A stretch of 64,000 bases of DNA. Origin: Hyaloraphidium curvatum SAG 235-1 (lineage: Eukaryota > Fungi > Monoblepharomycota). Below the pieces are notes generated by a model. It searched no databases. It saw only the letters and a list, made by a program, of their open reading frames with translations, and was not told where the DNA came from. The position numbers and the translations under genes were made by a program. Location of the stretch: positions 248,001 to 312,000 of the forward strand of contig JAIVFI010000017.1 of the NCBI GenBank assembly GCA_025558095.1, given 5' to 3'. Below are positions 1 through 10,105 of the stretch, in pieces (within the stretch, counting starts at the first letter, position 1; every line of letters starts with the position of its first letter).

Positions 1-1021
1 GGATCTATCCGAGGGCCGTCCAGTGAGTTCGACGCGGGAGAGGATGGGCAACGGGCTTTGACCGGGATGGGCAGCCTTTCGTACCAGAACATGTTCCTCT
101 CTTGCGTCATGGCTTTTGCAGTATGCTGCTGGCGAGCATCGTTCGTCACCGACGTGCAGTACATGCTTCCGTTGCTGGAGTTTGGTGCCTACTTTTACAT
201 CGCACTGGGTAGGTCCCGCATGCCGCCCGATCTCGAAGCCACGACGCTCACTCCGTTGCCGCGCACGCCGCTCAGTCGTCACCCTGTGGCTCTACACCTT
301 TGGTTTCGCGAAGACCCTCCCGCCTCCCGACCAGAGCATCTCCCTGGCCCCGTACGACGGCCTCGGCATGGTGTTCTCCTCCCTCTACGTCACCGTCCTC
401 GCCCTCCTTACGACCTTGCTCCGCTTCCCCAACCCCCCTCTCTCCCTCGTCCGCTCCCTCCCCTCGCTCCCCTCCTTCTTCGCAACCTACCCGCGCCGCC
501 TGCTGTCCGGACGCCCCCTCTTCCCGCGGCTCTTCGGCCTCGGCGTCGTGCTGCTCATCTTCGTCCCCGTCGTGGGGTACCTCCTGGGGCCCGCGGCACC
601 GGGCTACCGCTGGTTCCCGTACGGCCACCCGGAGGAGTCGGTGATGGCCGCCTTCTTCGCGAGCTTCTCGGTCGTGGCCGCCAAGGCCGTGCCGGACCTG
701 TACGGCGGGTACGTGCTCTTTGCCGAGTTCTGGGCCGCCATGGTGGGTTCCCCGGCGAAGCCACGCGCCCGATCGTGACCGTCCGCGGCGCCAAGGGGTT
801 CTTGCACGGGTTCGCGATGTCGCTGGACTCGATCAACGCGACGCAGGGCAACTCGGGATGGGAACACGTCATGGTCGGCGACGTCCTGCTCATGTGGGTC
901 GCGCGCCGTACGGTGGACGCCTGCGCGAGAAATAGCATGCTCATCCGCTTCCTGCAGGTGGTGCATAGGGCTGGTTCTCTCGGCATACCATCCCGCGATA
1001 GGGAACCTAGCGACGTCGTAA
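1..1021 (+). CDS. 3' part of a multi-exon polytopic membrane protein of unknown function
   Basis: Hydrophobic segments join across GT-AG introns (about 209-276, 743-794, 894-957): ...FGAYFYIAL|VVTLWLYTFGF...FWAAM|GFLHGFAMSLD...VLL(M)|WCIGLVLSAYHPAIGNLATS*, TAA at 1019-1021. The start lies upstream of the window. Confidence 0.55.
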
Positions 1022-1377
1022 GATGCGGAAGACGATGGGGGTGGGCCCTGGCCAGCGCTTTGGTCTTTGATGCGTATCCCGTTGCTGTATCATCGTTATA
1101 TCCTGGGCTCTGTCTTCTTGAAGAGTTTATTCTCTGCCTTGTTAACTTCCGACCGTTATCACGGCCCGCGCGCGCGGATCCCGGGAGGCAACGCGGCGAC
1201 AGCGGGTCGCCGACATCAGAACGTACTTCAGCAGCCGAATTTGAGCCCCGTTTCGTTCCTTTGCCCTTCGCGAACCCACGAGTCTTCCGGAGCGAGCTGG
1301 ACGGGTCGCGGCAACCAGCGCGCCGGACAAAATCGCGTGCCAAAACCCACTTGTCCGCCGTCCCCCTCCCCGCCGCG

Positions 1378-2751
1378 ATGCGGTTCATCGACGACGAGGG
1401 CCCGCCCGCGGAGCTCCTTGGGCCGCGGCGCCGCCCCGCCGCGCGCCGGGCGCCGCCGCCGCTGCCGAAGCGCGCGCGGGAAAACGAGCGCGAAGGGGAG
1501 GAAGACGCGGCGCGGGGGGAGAAAAGGGACAATGGCGCGGGCGGTGCGAAGAGGGCGAGGAGGGAGGGCGGCGGCGGGGTGGCGGACGCGCCGCCGGACG
1601 TCGGGGGGATGTCGGACGCGGGGGACGGCGGGCGCGGGTCGGAGCCCTCGTCGGACGCGGCGGACGGCACCGAGGACAGCAGGCCGCCCGACGGCCCCGA
1701 CGGCAACGCCTCGGACGGCTCCGATGCCGGCGGCGGCCGCGTGCGCTGCCAGTGGCCCGGCTGCGTGCAGACGTTCGCGTCGACCAACAAGCGCTCGCGG
1801 CACGCAAAGACCGCGCACGACGCCGAGAGGCCGCACAGGTGCCGCCGCTGCGGCAAGACCTTCGCGCGGACCGGCGCGCTGGCGACCCACGCGGCGGTGC
1901 ACAGGGGCGGCGGCGGCGACCCGCTGGGGTGCCCCGAGGAGGGGTGCGGGAGGCTTTTCCCGGACGCCAACGCGCTGGCGGCGCACGTGCGCGCGCACCG
2001 CGCGGGCATCTCGTTCCCGTGCCCCGTGCCCGGGTGCGGCAAGGTGTTCACGCGCAAGGTGCACCTGGTGCGGCACGAGCGCAACCACGACACCGAGCGG
2101 CCCTTCATGTGCCCGCGCGAGGGCTGCGGCAAGTCGTGGGCCACCGCGGCGGACCTGGCCTCGCACGAGCGCAACCACGGGGAGCGCAGGTTCGCGTGCG
2201 CGTTCGAGGGGTGCGGCAAGGCGTTTCTGGCGCAGTCGCACCTCGCGGCGCACGAGCGGATCCACACGGGCGAGCGGCCCTTCGTCTGCCCCGTCGAGGG
2301 GTGCGGCAAGTCGTTCGTGCAGCAGGGCAACCTCATCACGCACCGGCGGCGGCACACGGGGGAACGGCCCTACGCGTGCCCGATCGAGGGGTGCGGGGAG
2401 GCGTTCGCGGCGTCGAGGGAGCTGGCGCGGCACAAACTCCGGCACGACAACGACCGGCCCTACGTGTGCCCCGAGGAAGGCTGCCCCAAGACCTTCACCA
2501 CGCCCGAGGGCCTGGCGATGCACGCGCGCAAGCACACGGGCGAGCGGCCGTTCGCGTGCGAGCACCCGGGGTGCGGCAAGACGTTCGCGGTCTCGGGGCA
2601 CCTGTCGCGGCACAGGCGCGTGCACACGGGCGAGCGGCCGTACCCGTGCCAGCAGCCGGGGTGCGACAAGTCGTTCTCGCGGGCCGAGAGCCTGGCCGTG
2701 CACATGCGCAGCCACGAGAGGGAGGAGGGGGAGGAGGGGGAGGACGAGTGA
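1378..2751 (+). CDS. C2H2 zinc-finger protein with 11 tandem fingers (Kruppel-type linkers), intronless
   Basis: ATG at 1378 (MRFIDDEG...). Eleven C-x2/4-C...H-x3/4-H fingers, several HTGERPF/Y linkers, acidic/basic disordered N-terminus. Confidence 0.92.
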   Translation: MRFIDDEGPPAELLGPRRRPAARRAPPPLPKRARENEREGEEDAARGEKRDNGAGGAKRARREGGGGVADAPPDVGGMSDAGDGGRGSEPSSDAADGTEDSRPPDGPDGNASDGSDAGGGRVRCQWPGCVQTFASTNKRSRHAKTAHDAERPHRCRRCGKTFARTGALATHAAVHRGGGGDPLGCPEEGCGRLFPDANALAAHVRAHRAGISFPCPVPGCGKVFTRKVHLVRHERNHDTERPFMCPREGCGKSWATAADLASHERNHGERRFACAFEGCGKAFLAQSHLAAHERIHTGERPFVCPVEGCGKSFVQQGNLITHRRRHTGERPYACPIEGCGEAFAASRELARHKLRHDNDRPYVCPEEGCPKTFTTPEGLAMHARKHTGERPFACEHPGCGKTFAVSGHLSRHRRVHTGERPYPCQQPGCDKSFSRAESLAVHMRSHEREEGEEGEDE

Positions 2752-3000
2752 GAACCAGATGAGCGAGGGAGTGCCAACGATCCGACGATACCCGGGGCCG
2801 AGTTCCCTGCCGATCAGATGGATACCCCGTGTACCCTGCGTCTGATGCAATCTTTTGGGCCACCTCATCCGATCGCTCGAGTCCAGGTGCGGGCGGTGAC
2901 GGCGCCGATCACCCGTCGATCGCCAGCCCTCGCCAATCGAGCGATCGCCCAATCTCCGAGGCGGCGCCACACCCACCAGCGGCCCCGCATCTCGTCCTCA

Positions 3001-5428
3001 ATGCCGTCGAGCGACGCGGGCGACCCGTCCGCGGTGTCGTACGGGGAGCGGTTCCGCGTGCGCGGCGGCGGCGCGGTTGTGCTGCCGCTGTCGGCGGGCG
3101 ACCGCATCCGCGTCGTCGACCCCGAGGGGCGCCAGGCCGCCGAGGTCGCCGCGTGGCTGGGCGGCTCCCCTTCGCTGAAGGCGCTGCCGTCGCTGTCGGG
3201 GCTGCCGGCCCGCCCGTCCGCCGCGCTGCCCGCGCTGGCCGCCGACGCCGCCGAGGACGCGCGCGCCGTCGCCGCCGGGCTGAAGCAGAAGGGCATCGAC
3301 GCCGACGCGCCCGCCGACGCATACGCGGCATTCGGCGGCGACTCGCCCGCGGGCGCCGCGGAGCTGTTCGGCCCCGCTGCGGGCGACCTCGTGCTGCTCG
3401 TCGCCGCCCCCGGCACGGACAAAATGGGCCTCGACGACGCGCCCGCGGACAGGTCGCCCGCGACGGAGCTGTACGTGTACGTGCACCGCGCCGCCGGGTC
3501 CGCGGGGAAGCAGCGCGACGCCGCGCCGCCGCCGCCGCTGGCCGAGCCAGTGCTGGACATCCGCGTGGACCGCTCGTCGGCAAAGTCGTACACCGTCAGG
3601 GCCGGCGAGTACATCCAGATCGTCGACATTGCCGGCAGGCAGTGCTCGGACTTTCTGGCGTTCGCGAAGAAGGACCTGGAGGAGGGCAAGGAGCTCGACC
3701 TGGACCCCACCGTGACCCGCACCGTCAACTCGTCGTCCTACCCGGGGCCGGGGCTGTACGCCAAGTACTTTGACAAGAACTTCCGCGCGCTGGTCGAGGT
3801 CGTGCGCGACACGGTCGGGCGGCACGACACGTTCGCGCTGGCCTGCACCCCGAGATGTTCGTCTCCGCCAGCATGCCGTCCTTGCCTCGACGATACTGAT
3901 CTCGTTTTGTCCCACCACGACAGACTACGCCGACATGGGCTACCCCGGCCACCCCAACTGCACCGACAACTTCAACGCCGCGCTGGCCCCCCACGGCATC
4001 GCCCCCCGCAACTCGTGGCAGGCCGTCAACCTCTTCTACAACACCGGCATCGACGCCGCCAACCAGATCTACCTCGATGAGCCGTGGAGCCGCCCGGGGG
4101 ACTACGTCCTCTTCCGCGCCCTCTCGGACCTCGTCTGCGCCTCCTCGGCCTGCCCCGACGACATCGACCCCGCCAACGGGTGGGACCCCTCCGAGATCCA
4201 GGTCCGCGTGTACCCCTCGGCGTGCGACTTCGACCCGGGGGTCGCGCTCCGCGTCACCCCGGACGCGGACCCGGTGCTCACCCGCCGCTCGGGCTTCCAC
4301 CCGCGCACCTCGGCGCTCACGCGGAGCTTCGCAGAGTACCGCGGGTTCTGGCTGCCCACGTGCTTCACCTCGCACGGGCCCGTGGAAGAGTACCACGCGT
4401 GCCGCACGGCCGCGGCCATCATCGACCTCTCGGCCCTGCGCAAGTTCGAGGTGTTCGGTCCCGACGCGCTGCAGCTGATCAACGCGTGCGTCACCCGCGA
4501 CATAAAGAAGCTCGCCATCGGGCAGATCGTGTACACGGCGCTGTGCGTCGAGACGGGGGGGATGCTGGACGACGCGACGGTGTTCCGGCTCGGGGAGGCG
4601 GACTTCCGCGTGGTGTGCGGGGACGAGTACGTGGGCAAGTGGCTGCGCGAAAGGGCGGAGCTGATGGGGCTGCGGGGGGTGTGGGTCAAGAGCTCCACGG
4701 ACAGGGTGCACAACGTGGCGGTGCAGGGACCGAAAAGCAAGCAGATCCTCGCGGCGTGCTTCGAAAAGACCGAGGGCAGGCCCGACGTCTCGGAAATCGG
4801 GTGGTTCAAGTTCACCACCGGCAAGGTCGGCGGCCGCCCCGCCATGGTCAGCCGCACGGGCTACACGGGCGAGTTCGGGTACGAGGTGTGGGCGCACCCG
4901 GCCGACTGCCCCGCGGTGTGGGACGCGCTCTGGGCGGCGGGGCAGCCGCACGGCCTGGTCCCGCTGGGCCTGACGGGCCTGGACGTGCTCCGGATCGAGG
5001 CCGGCCTGGTTTTCTTCGGGTACGAGTTCGACGACCAGGTGGACCCGTACGAGGCCGGCGTGGGGTTCACCGTGCCCCTCGTGAGCAAGGCCGACGACTT
5101 TGTCGGCAAGACCGCGCTGCAGCGGCGCAAGGCCCACCCCAACCGCGTCCTCGTCGGCCTCGAGCTCGAGGGCAATGAGCCCGCGGGCCACGGGGACTGC
5201 GTGCACGCCGCCGGCGCGCGGGCGCAGGTGGGCGTGGTCACGAGCGGGTGCAGGAGCCCCGGGCTGGGGAGGTGCATCGCGCTCGCGAGGGTGGCGGTGG
5301 AGTTTGCGGCGCCGGGGACGAGGCTCGAGGTGGGGAAGCTGGACGGGCACATGAAGAGGATCGGGGCGGCGGTGACCAAGCCCATCTTCTACGATCCGGA
5401 GAAGAAGAAGCCGAGGGGGGTGGAGTGA
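3001..5428 (+). CDS. tdm: Trimethylamine N-oxide demethylase-like protein (DUF1989 + GcvT/aminomethyltransferase THF-binding domain), 786 aa, one intron 3857-3923
   Basis: Splicing GTTCGT...CTGAT...CAG joins ORFs 2818 and 3770 in frame to give GRQCSDF...RHDTFALACTPRYYADMGYPGHPNCTDNFN...SACPDDIDPANGW, followed by GcvT motifs (DLSALRKFEV, SRTGYTGEFGYE, LRIEAG, FYDPEK). Confidence 0.88.
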
Positions 5429-6452
5429 TCCGGGGGGGCTCGACGATTTGGATGTGAAGGAGCGATTTGCCAGCGATGCAATAGACCATGCTTTGGAATG
5501 CTGCGCGCGTCAATGCCCTAGGCGATCGGGAGGAGTACCGACGCAACGGGCCCGCTACGTCCCTTGGGAGGAGCTGGACCGTTCCCCTCTGATGCCCTTC
5601 CCGAATCCACGGCTTGCGCGGCCGGCGACGCCGAAGGATGTTTGTCCCTGTGCGAAAAAGGTAATCGCTGGCCCGATCAGATCCGTCGATGGGGTCGAAG
5701 GCGGGGACCGGCGGGGAGTGAGTGGACCCGAAGAACGGGTCCAGGCCGACCCACCGTCCCTGTGCGGTCCTCCCGGACCGGCCGGCGGCGGGGCCCGCTC
5801 CCGGCGGGAAACGAACGGCGTGCATGGAACGCGGAGACCAGCAGCCCGTATGGTAAGAGGGACGGGCCGGCGATGGGTCGGAAGGGCAGCGGGCGGCGGG
5901 AATGGCGGGAGCGGGCTCGGCACGCGGTGGAAGGGCTTCCATTGCCGGAATCCCGGGCAGAACGTCCCGGCAAGGGCCTCGCGGGGCAACGGACGCGTTT
6001 GAGGATCGGCGGATGCGCAGTGGCAGGCAACGAGGGCGTCGGACACGTATCTCGCTCACAGGGACACACATCCGGCGCGGTCTTGGAACCCTTCCTGATG
6101 GCCGCCGGCGCCGGGAGAAGCCGGTCGAGGTGGATGGAGCGCCGCGGGCGCCGGCGGAAGCGACGGCGGGCCGGAATGGCGGTGGGTCGGGGCCGCGAGG
6201 CGGCGGTGGCTGGGGTGGGGAAGGCGTGGGCGGCCGACCTGCCCCGGCGAATCGGGGTCGGCCGGCCCCGGGGCTATCGGCACCGAGCCTGCAGCGTCCT
6301 TGAAGGGGCACGGAGGCCGCCCCGCGGGATCTCTGCCTGGTTCGCAAGTCCCGATCGTCCCCAGCGGGCGTGTGATTGTCCCAGCCCCTCCCCAGCGTCC
6401 CCGTTTTGCCGAAGCCCATCCGCCACCGACGCGTCCCGGGCGCCGACCAGCG

Positions 6453-8045
6453 ATGCGGCTCCCGGCGGGACTGCGGTTGCCGCCGTGGACGCGGCGGCCG
6501 CCCGCGTGGGCGGCGCGGCCCGTCATCCGGTGGGCGCTCGTGGCGGCGGCCGGCGCGCTCTTCTTCCTCGCGCACTCGGCGGGGCTGCTGCCGCCGCCGC
6601 CCGCGCTGCTCTCAGCCGGCGGCGCGCCGCCTCTGCTGCACGGCGGCGCGCGCATCGCGTCGGCCGTCGGCCCGCCCGCGCTCGCCGGCGCGCGCTGGAC
6701 AGACCTTTCCCGCACGCTCGCGCCGCCCGGCCGCGGCGAGCAGTTCGAGGCGTTCGACCTCTTTGCCGGCGTGTGCATCGACGTGCCCGACTCGCCCGAG
6801 CCGAAGAACCCCGTGGCCGCGTGGTTCGTCGGCGACGTGCCAAACAGGAGGCGCGCCGAGCGCGCCCTCGCGCGCGCCCTGGGCGGCCCGCGCGAGCCGC
6901 TGCCCGTGCTCCGCGGCGCGGACCCCAGGGCGGCCGGCCGTGCCGCAACGCGCTACCCCGGCCGGACCTACCTCCCAAACTGCCTGTGGTCGACCGTGCC
7001 CGGCGCGGGCCACCTGATGTTCGGCGCCAGCATGGCCATGGAGCTCGGGGAGCGCCCGCCAAAGGGCATGCACGCCCTGGACCGCGTGTCGATGGTCTGG
7101 TGCCCGCTGTGGCGGCGCTGGGAGGGCAAGATCTACTGGGACTTTGCCCGCAACGGCTGGGAGTTTGGCCGCACCGTGCTCGACCTGGTCTTTGCCCGGT
7201 GGCCCGCCGCGGGGCTGATCCCGGACCTGCGCGCCGAGCGCTTCCCCATCATGCGCGGCGTCTCGTGCTTCGACGAGCTCCTCGTCTCCCGGCGCGAGGG
7301 CGTCCTCCTCGCTCGCGCCGACTCGCGGCCCTTCCTGGAACGCCTCGCCGCCGCCGTCCCGGGCCACAACACCACCCTCCTCCCCGACCCCGGCAAGGCC
7401 GCCCGCCGCCTCGACGAGCGCTGCCGCTCGCGGCGCCTCCGCGCGGGCATCTTCCAGCGGCACCAGTTCCACCGCCACGTCAAGCTCAAGGAGCGGCGCT
7501 TCGTCAACCTCGACGACATCATCGGGCTGCTCGCCGACTTCACCTCCTCCCCCGTGGACGTGTTCGACGTGAACCACACCGTCCCCCTCGGGAGCCAGAT
7601 CGACCGCTTCGACGCCTACGACGTCCTCCTGACCCCCGTCGGCAGCCAGATGTCGGGCATGGTGCTGGTCGGCCCGCGCGCGCAGCGCGCGGTGGTCGAG
7701 ATCGGCGCGTGCGTGAGGGACACGTTCTGGAAGGAGAACGGGGACCGCCTGGGGTACCGCGCCTACGTCCTGTCGACGGGCCACGTGCCGGACGTGCCGC
7801 AGCTGGCCGACGCCATGGTCGGCTGCAGGTGGGCCGCGGTGGGGGACAACCCGGGCCCGGCGCTGTTCTGCCCGGCGCGGTGCGAGGTGACGGACGGGGA
7901 CCTGATGGTCAACACGACGCTGCTGCGGGCGCACCTGGAGTGGACGTTCGGGAGGATGTGCGACGAGGGGTGGAGGCCGCCGAGGGCGGCGCCGGACTTT
8001 TCGCGGGTGGGGTGCGCGGCGAACAGGGGGATGTGCGGGTGCTAG
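6453..8045 (+). CDS. Type II membrane glycosyltransferase, GT61/DUF563-like
   Basis: N-terminal TM (WALVAAAGALFFLA) and Pro-rich stem. C-terminal RRFVNLDDI...SQIDRFDAYDVLLTPVGSQMSGMVLV...VVEIG resembles the GT61 signature. Intronless. Confidence 0.6.
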   Translation: MRLPAGLRLPPWTRRPPAWAARPVIRWALVAAAGALFFLAHSAGLLPPPPALLSAGGAPPLLHGGARIASAVGPPALAGARWTDLSRTLAPPGRGEQFEAFDLFAGVCIDVPDSPEPKNPVAAWFVGDVPNRRRAERALARALGGPREPLPVLRGADPRAAGRAATRYPGRTYLPNCLWSTVPGAGHLMFGASMAMELGERPPKGMHALDRVSMVWCPLWRRWEGKIYWDFARNGWEFGRTVLDLVFARWPAAGLIPDLRAERFPIMRGVSCFDELLVSRREGVLLARADSRPFLERLAAAVPGHNTTLLPDPGKAARRLDERCRSRRLRAGIFQRHQFHRHVKLKERRFVNLDDIIGLLADFTSSPVDVFDVNHTVPLGSQIDRFDAYDVLLTPVGSQMSGMVLVGPRAQRAVVEIGACVRDTFWKENGDRLGYRAYVLSTGHVPDVPQLADAMVGCRWAAVGDNPGPALFCPARCEVTDGDLMVNTTLLRAHLEWTFGRMCDEGWRPPRAAPDFSRVGCAANRGMCGC

Positions 8046-8423
8046 GCTGCGCCGGGACGGGGACGGGACGGGGGCAACGGGGAGTGAGCGCGGTCGATGG
8101 GGTCGGATGGCTTGTAGGCGGCCGGACCAGCTAGAAAAACGACCGTGCGAAAGCGTGCGTTACACGGCCATGTTCTACTCGGCATTCCACGGCGAACACG
8201 GCGGGGAAGCGGTATCGGCATCAAGCCGTGTAGATAACTGCGCCCGCCCCGACCGGACGACGTGCAGGGCCATCGGATGTTCCGACCGGCCCGATGGTGC
8301 ATCGGATGCGACGGGCTGTCCGTGCCGTGCGCCACTCCGATCAGCAGCGTGCCCTGCGCGGAAGCGTCCAATCCGCCCAAGGCCAGTGCCTCCCGATCGC
8401 TTCCGAATCCGCCCGCCACCGAG

Positions 8424-9959
8424 CTACGGCCTCGACGGGCACACGTAATCCATCGTCAGGAACACCCCCAGCCCCCGCAGGATGGACCACAGCGCCACGA
8501 CGAGCGTCAGGATCGTCACCAGCACCGTCCGCACGATGCCGTACGTCACGGGGAACCCGAGCACCTTGGAGCGGTACCGGTCCGTGTCGGTGTAGCTCCG
8601 GAGCACCTCGGCGTCGGCGTCCATCGCGGCCAGCAGCGCGGGGTCCGGTCCCGGGTGGGGGGCGGAGGTGACGAGGCAGCGCCGCAGCTCCCCGAGCTCC
8701 TCCAGGGCGTCGAGGTACAGCTCACGGATGTCGGAGATCTGGGCGTTGGCGGCAGAGACGTTGAGCAGGTCGACGAGGAAGTTGGAAGTCCCAACGTAGA
8801 GCAGGTAGATCGGATACATCGCGGGAAGGCACGAACAGAACACCACGTTGAGCAGGCCCGATACGACCGCCGCCGAGACGCCGATCAGCATCGGAGAGCT
8901 GGCATTGTACTGCGCGGCGGCCTGCCGCCATAGGCACGCGAGGAGCCGGTGCAGCGCCATGTATCCGTCCCGTCCCGGTAGGAACCCTTCCCCGCCTCCA
9001 GATGCGCCTCCAGATGCACATGCAATCCTGTACCGTTCCATGGTGCTTCCTAGAGCGAGCCGCATCGCGCGCCGGTTGACGCGGCGGGAGAGCTGGAGCA
9101 GCGGGATGTTGGTGCTGAAGCGCACGCAGACGATGGGCACGAAGAAAATGAGGTATCCGACAATGAAGAAGACGGTGACGATCGCGGACCACGCGTTGCT
9201 CCACGTGCGGGGCAACGACACCGCGACGATCCAAATCTCCGAGAGAAAAAGCAGTGCCGTCAGCCCGCCCTTCGTGAGCAGTTCCGCGACGCGGGCGAGA
9301 CCTGCTTGCCGGGGCAGCTTCCCGGCGCACCGCGGGCCCGCACAGGAGCAGAGGGGATCCTTGTCCTCGTGTACGAGCAGGACGGGGTCCGTCGGGCCCG
9401 GGAGGGTTCCAACGAGGAGCTGGCTCCAGCGGGCTAGCCTCGCGGCGCCATGGGAGGAAAAATCCCGCGGCGGCGGGGCGGTGACCACCGTTCCGGCCCC
9501 AGCAGCGCGTCGCACGACGCTGAAGGAGCCCTGGTAAGCCGCGAAGAGGGAGGGCACGACGCCCGCCACGGTGCAAAAGAAGACCCAGCCGACCGTGCCA
9601 ACCGCGAGCTGCACGGTCCCGTACGCGTCCCGACCCAGGATCCACGGGACGACGGGCAACGCTGCGGCCGAAAGCCACATCCAGACGTTGCGTAGGATGA
9701 AACTGCGCGCCAACGGCTCGAGGGCGACCTGCAGCCGCACTGTCGCGGCCAGCACGCCCGAGCGGCGCGACAGCGCGCCGACGAAGGCGTCGAAGCCCAG
9801 CGGCGATTCGGCGCGCGCCTCGGCGGCGGGATCGGGCGGCGGCGGGGCGCCGGGCACCCCGGGGGACCACGACACGGGCGCGGGCAGTACCACGAGCCAT
9901 TCCGCGCCGTCGAGCCGAAACGCGGCGGGCGCAGCGTCGATCTTCACGTCGTCCGCCAT
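8424..9959 (-). CDS. 7-TM protein, putative gustatory-receptor-like / DUF3537-like 7TM ion channel (paralog A), 511 aa, intronless
   Basis: Seven hydrophobic segments. C-terminus YRSKVLGFPVTYGIVRTVLVTILTLVVALWSILRGLGVFLTMDYVCP is clearly paralogous to the gene at 10106-11772. Confidence 0.7.
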   Translation of the reverse strand: MADDVKIDAAPAAFRLDGAEWLVVLPAPVSWSPGVPGAPPPPDPAAEARAESPLGFDAFVGALSRRSGVLAATVRLQVALEPLARSFILRNVWMWLSAAALPVVPWILGRDAYGTVQLAVGTVGWVFFCTVAGVVPSLFAAYQGSFSVVRRAAGAGTVVTAPPPRDFSSHGAARLARWSQLLVGTLPGPTDPVLLVHEDKDPLCSCAGPRCAGKLPRQAGLARVAELLTKGGLTALLFLSEIWIVAVSLPRTWSNAWSAIVTVFFIVGYLIFFVPIVCVRFSTNIPLLQLSRRVNRRAMRLALGSTMERYRIACASGGASGGGEGFLPGRDGYMALHRLLACLWRQAAAQYNASSPMLIGVSAAVVSGLLNVVFCSCLPAMYPIYLLYVGTSNFLVDLLNVSAANAQISDIRELYLDALEELGELRRCLVTSAPHPGPDPALLAAMDADAEVLRSYTDTDRYRSKVLGFPVTYGIVRTVLVTILTLVVALWSILRGLGVFLTMDYVCPSRP

Positions 9960-10105
9960 TGCGGCCAGGTTCTGCGGCGGCGGTGTGGGCGGGCGGGATT
10001 ACGGGATCCGGAGGCAGCCACGCGCCGAGTGCGATCTTCCGCGAGGAAACTTCACTGGCAAGGCGCCTTTGCCGCGATAGGACGAGCTTCTGTCGATCCT
10101 TTACA
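9960..10105. promoter_or_regulatory. Putative bidirectional promoter between the two 7-TM paralogs
   Basis: Only 146 bp separate the divergent ATGs at 9959 and 10106. Confidence 0.5.

Noticed and set aside
58-2751. 897-aa ORF read as a membrane-protein/zinc-finger fusion
   Set aside because: The upstream part runs through exons and introns of a separate gene ending at TAA 1021 and through intergenic DNA. The zinc-finger CDS most plausibly starts at ATG 1378.
3001-5428. Bacterial contamination or misassembly as the source of tdm
   Set aside because: A canonical intron with a branch site interrupts the active-site motif, and the GC content and exon skew match the neighbouring genes.
5238-8134. 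Long ORFs 5238-6575 (-) and 5564-8134 (+) across the 1-kb gap after tdm
   Set aside because: Arg/Pro/Gly/Ala-rich shadow ORFs expected at high GC, with no motifs. The 5430-6450 gap was left unannotated.
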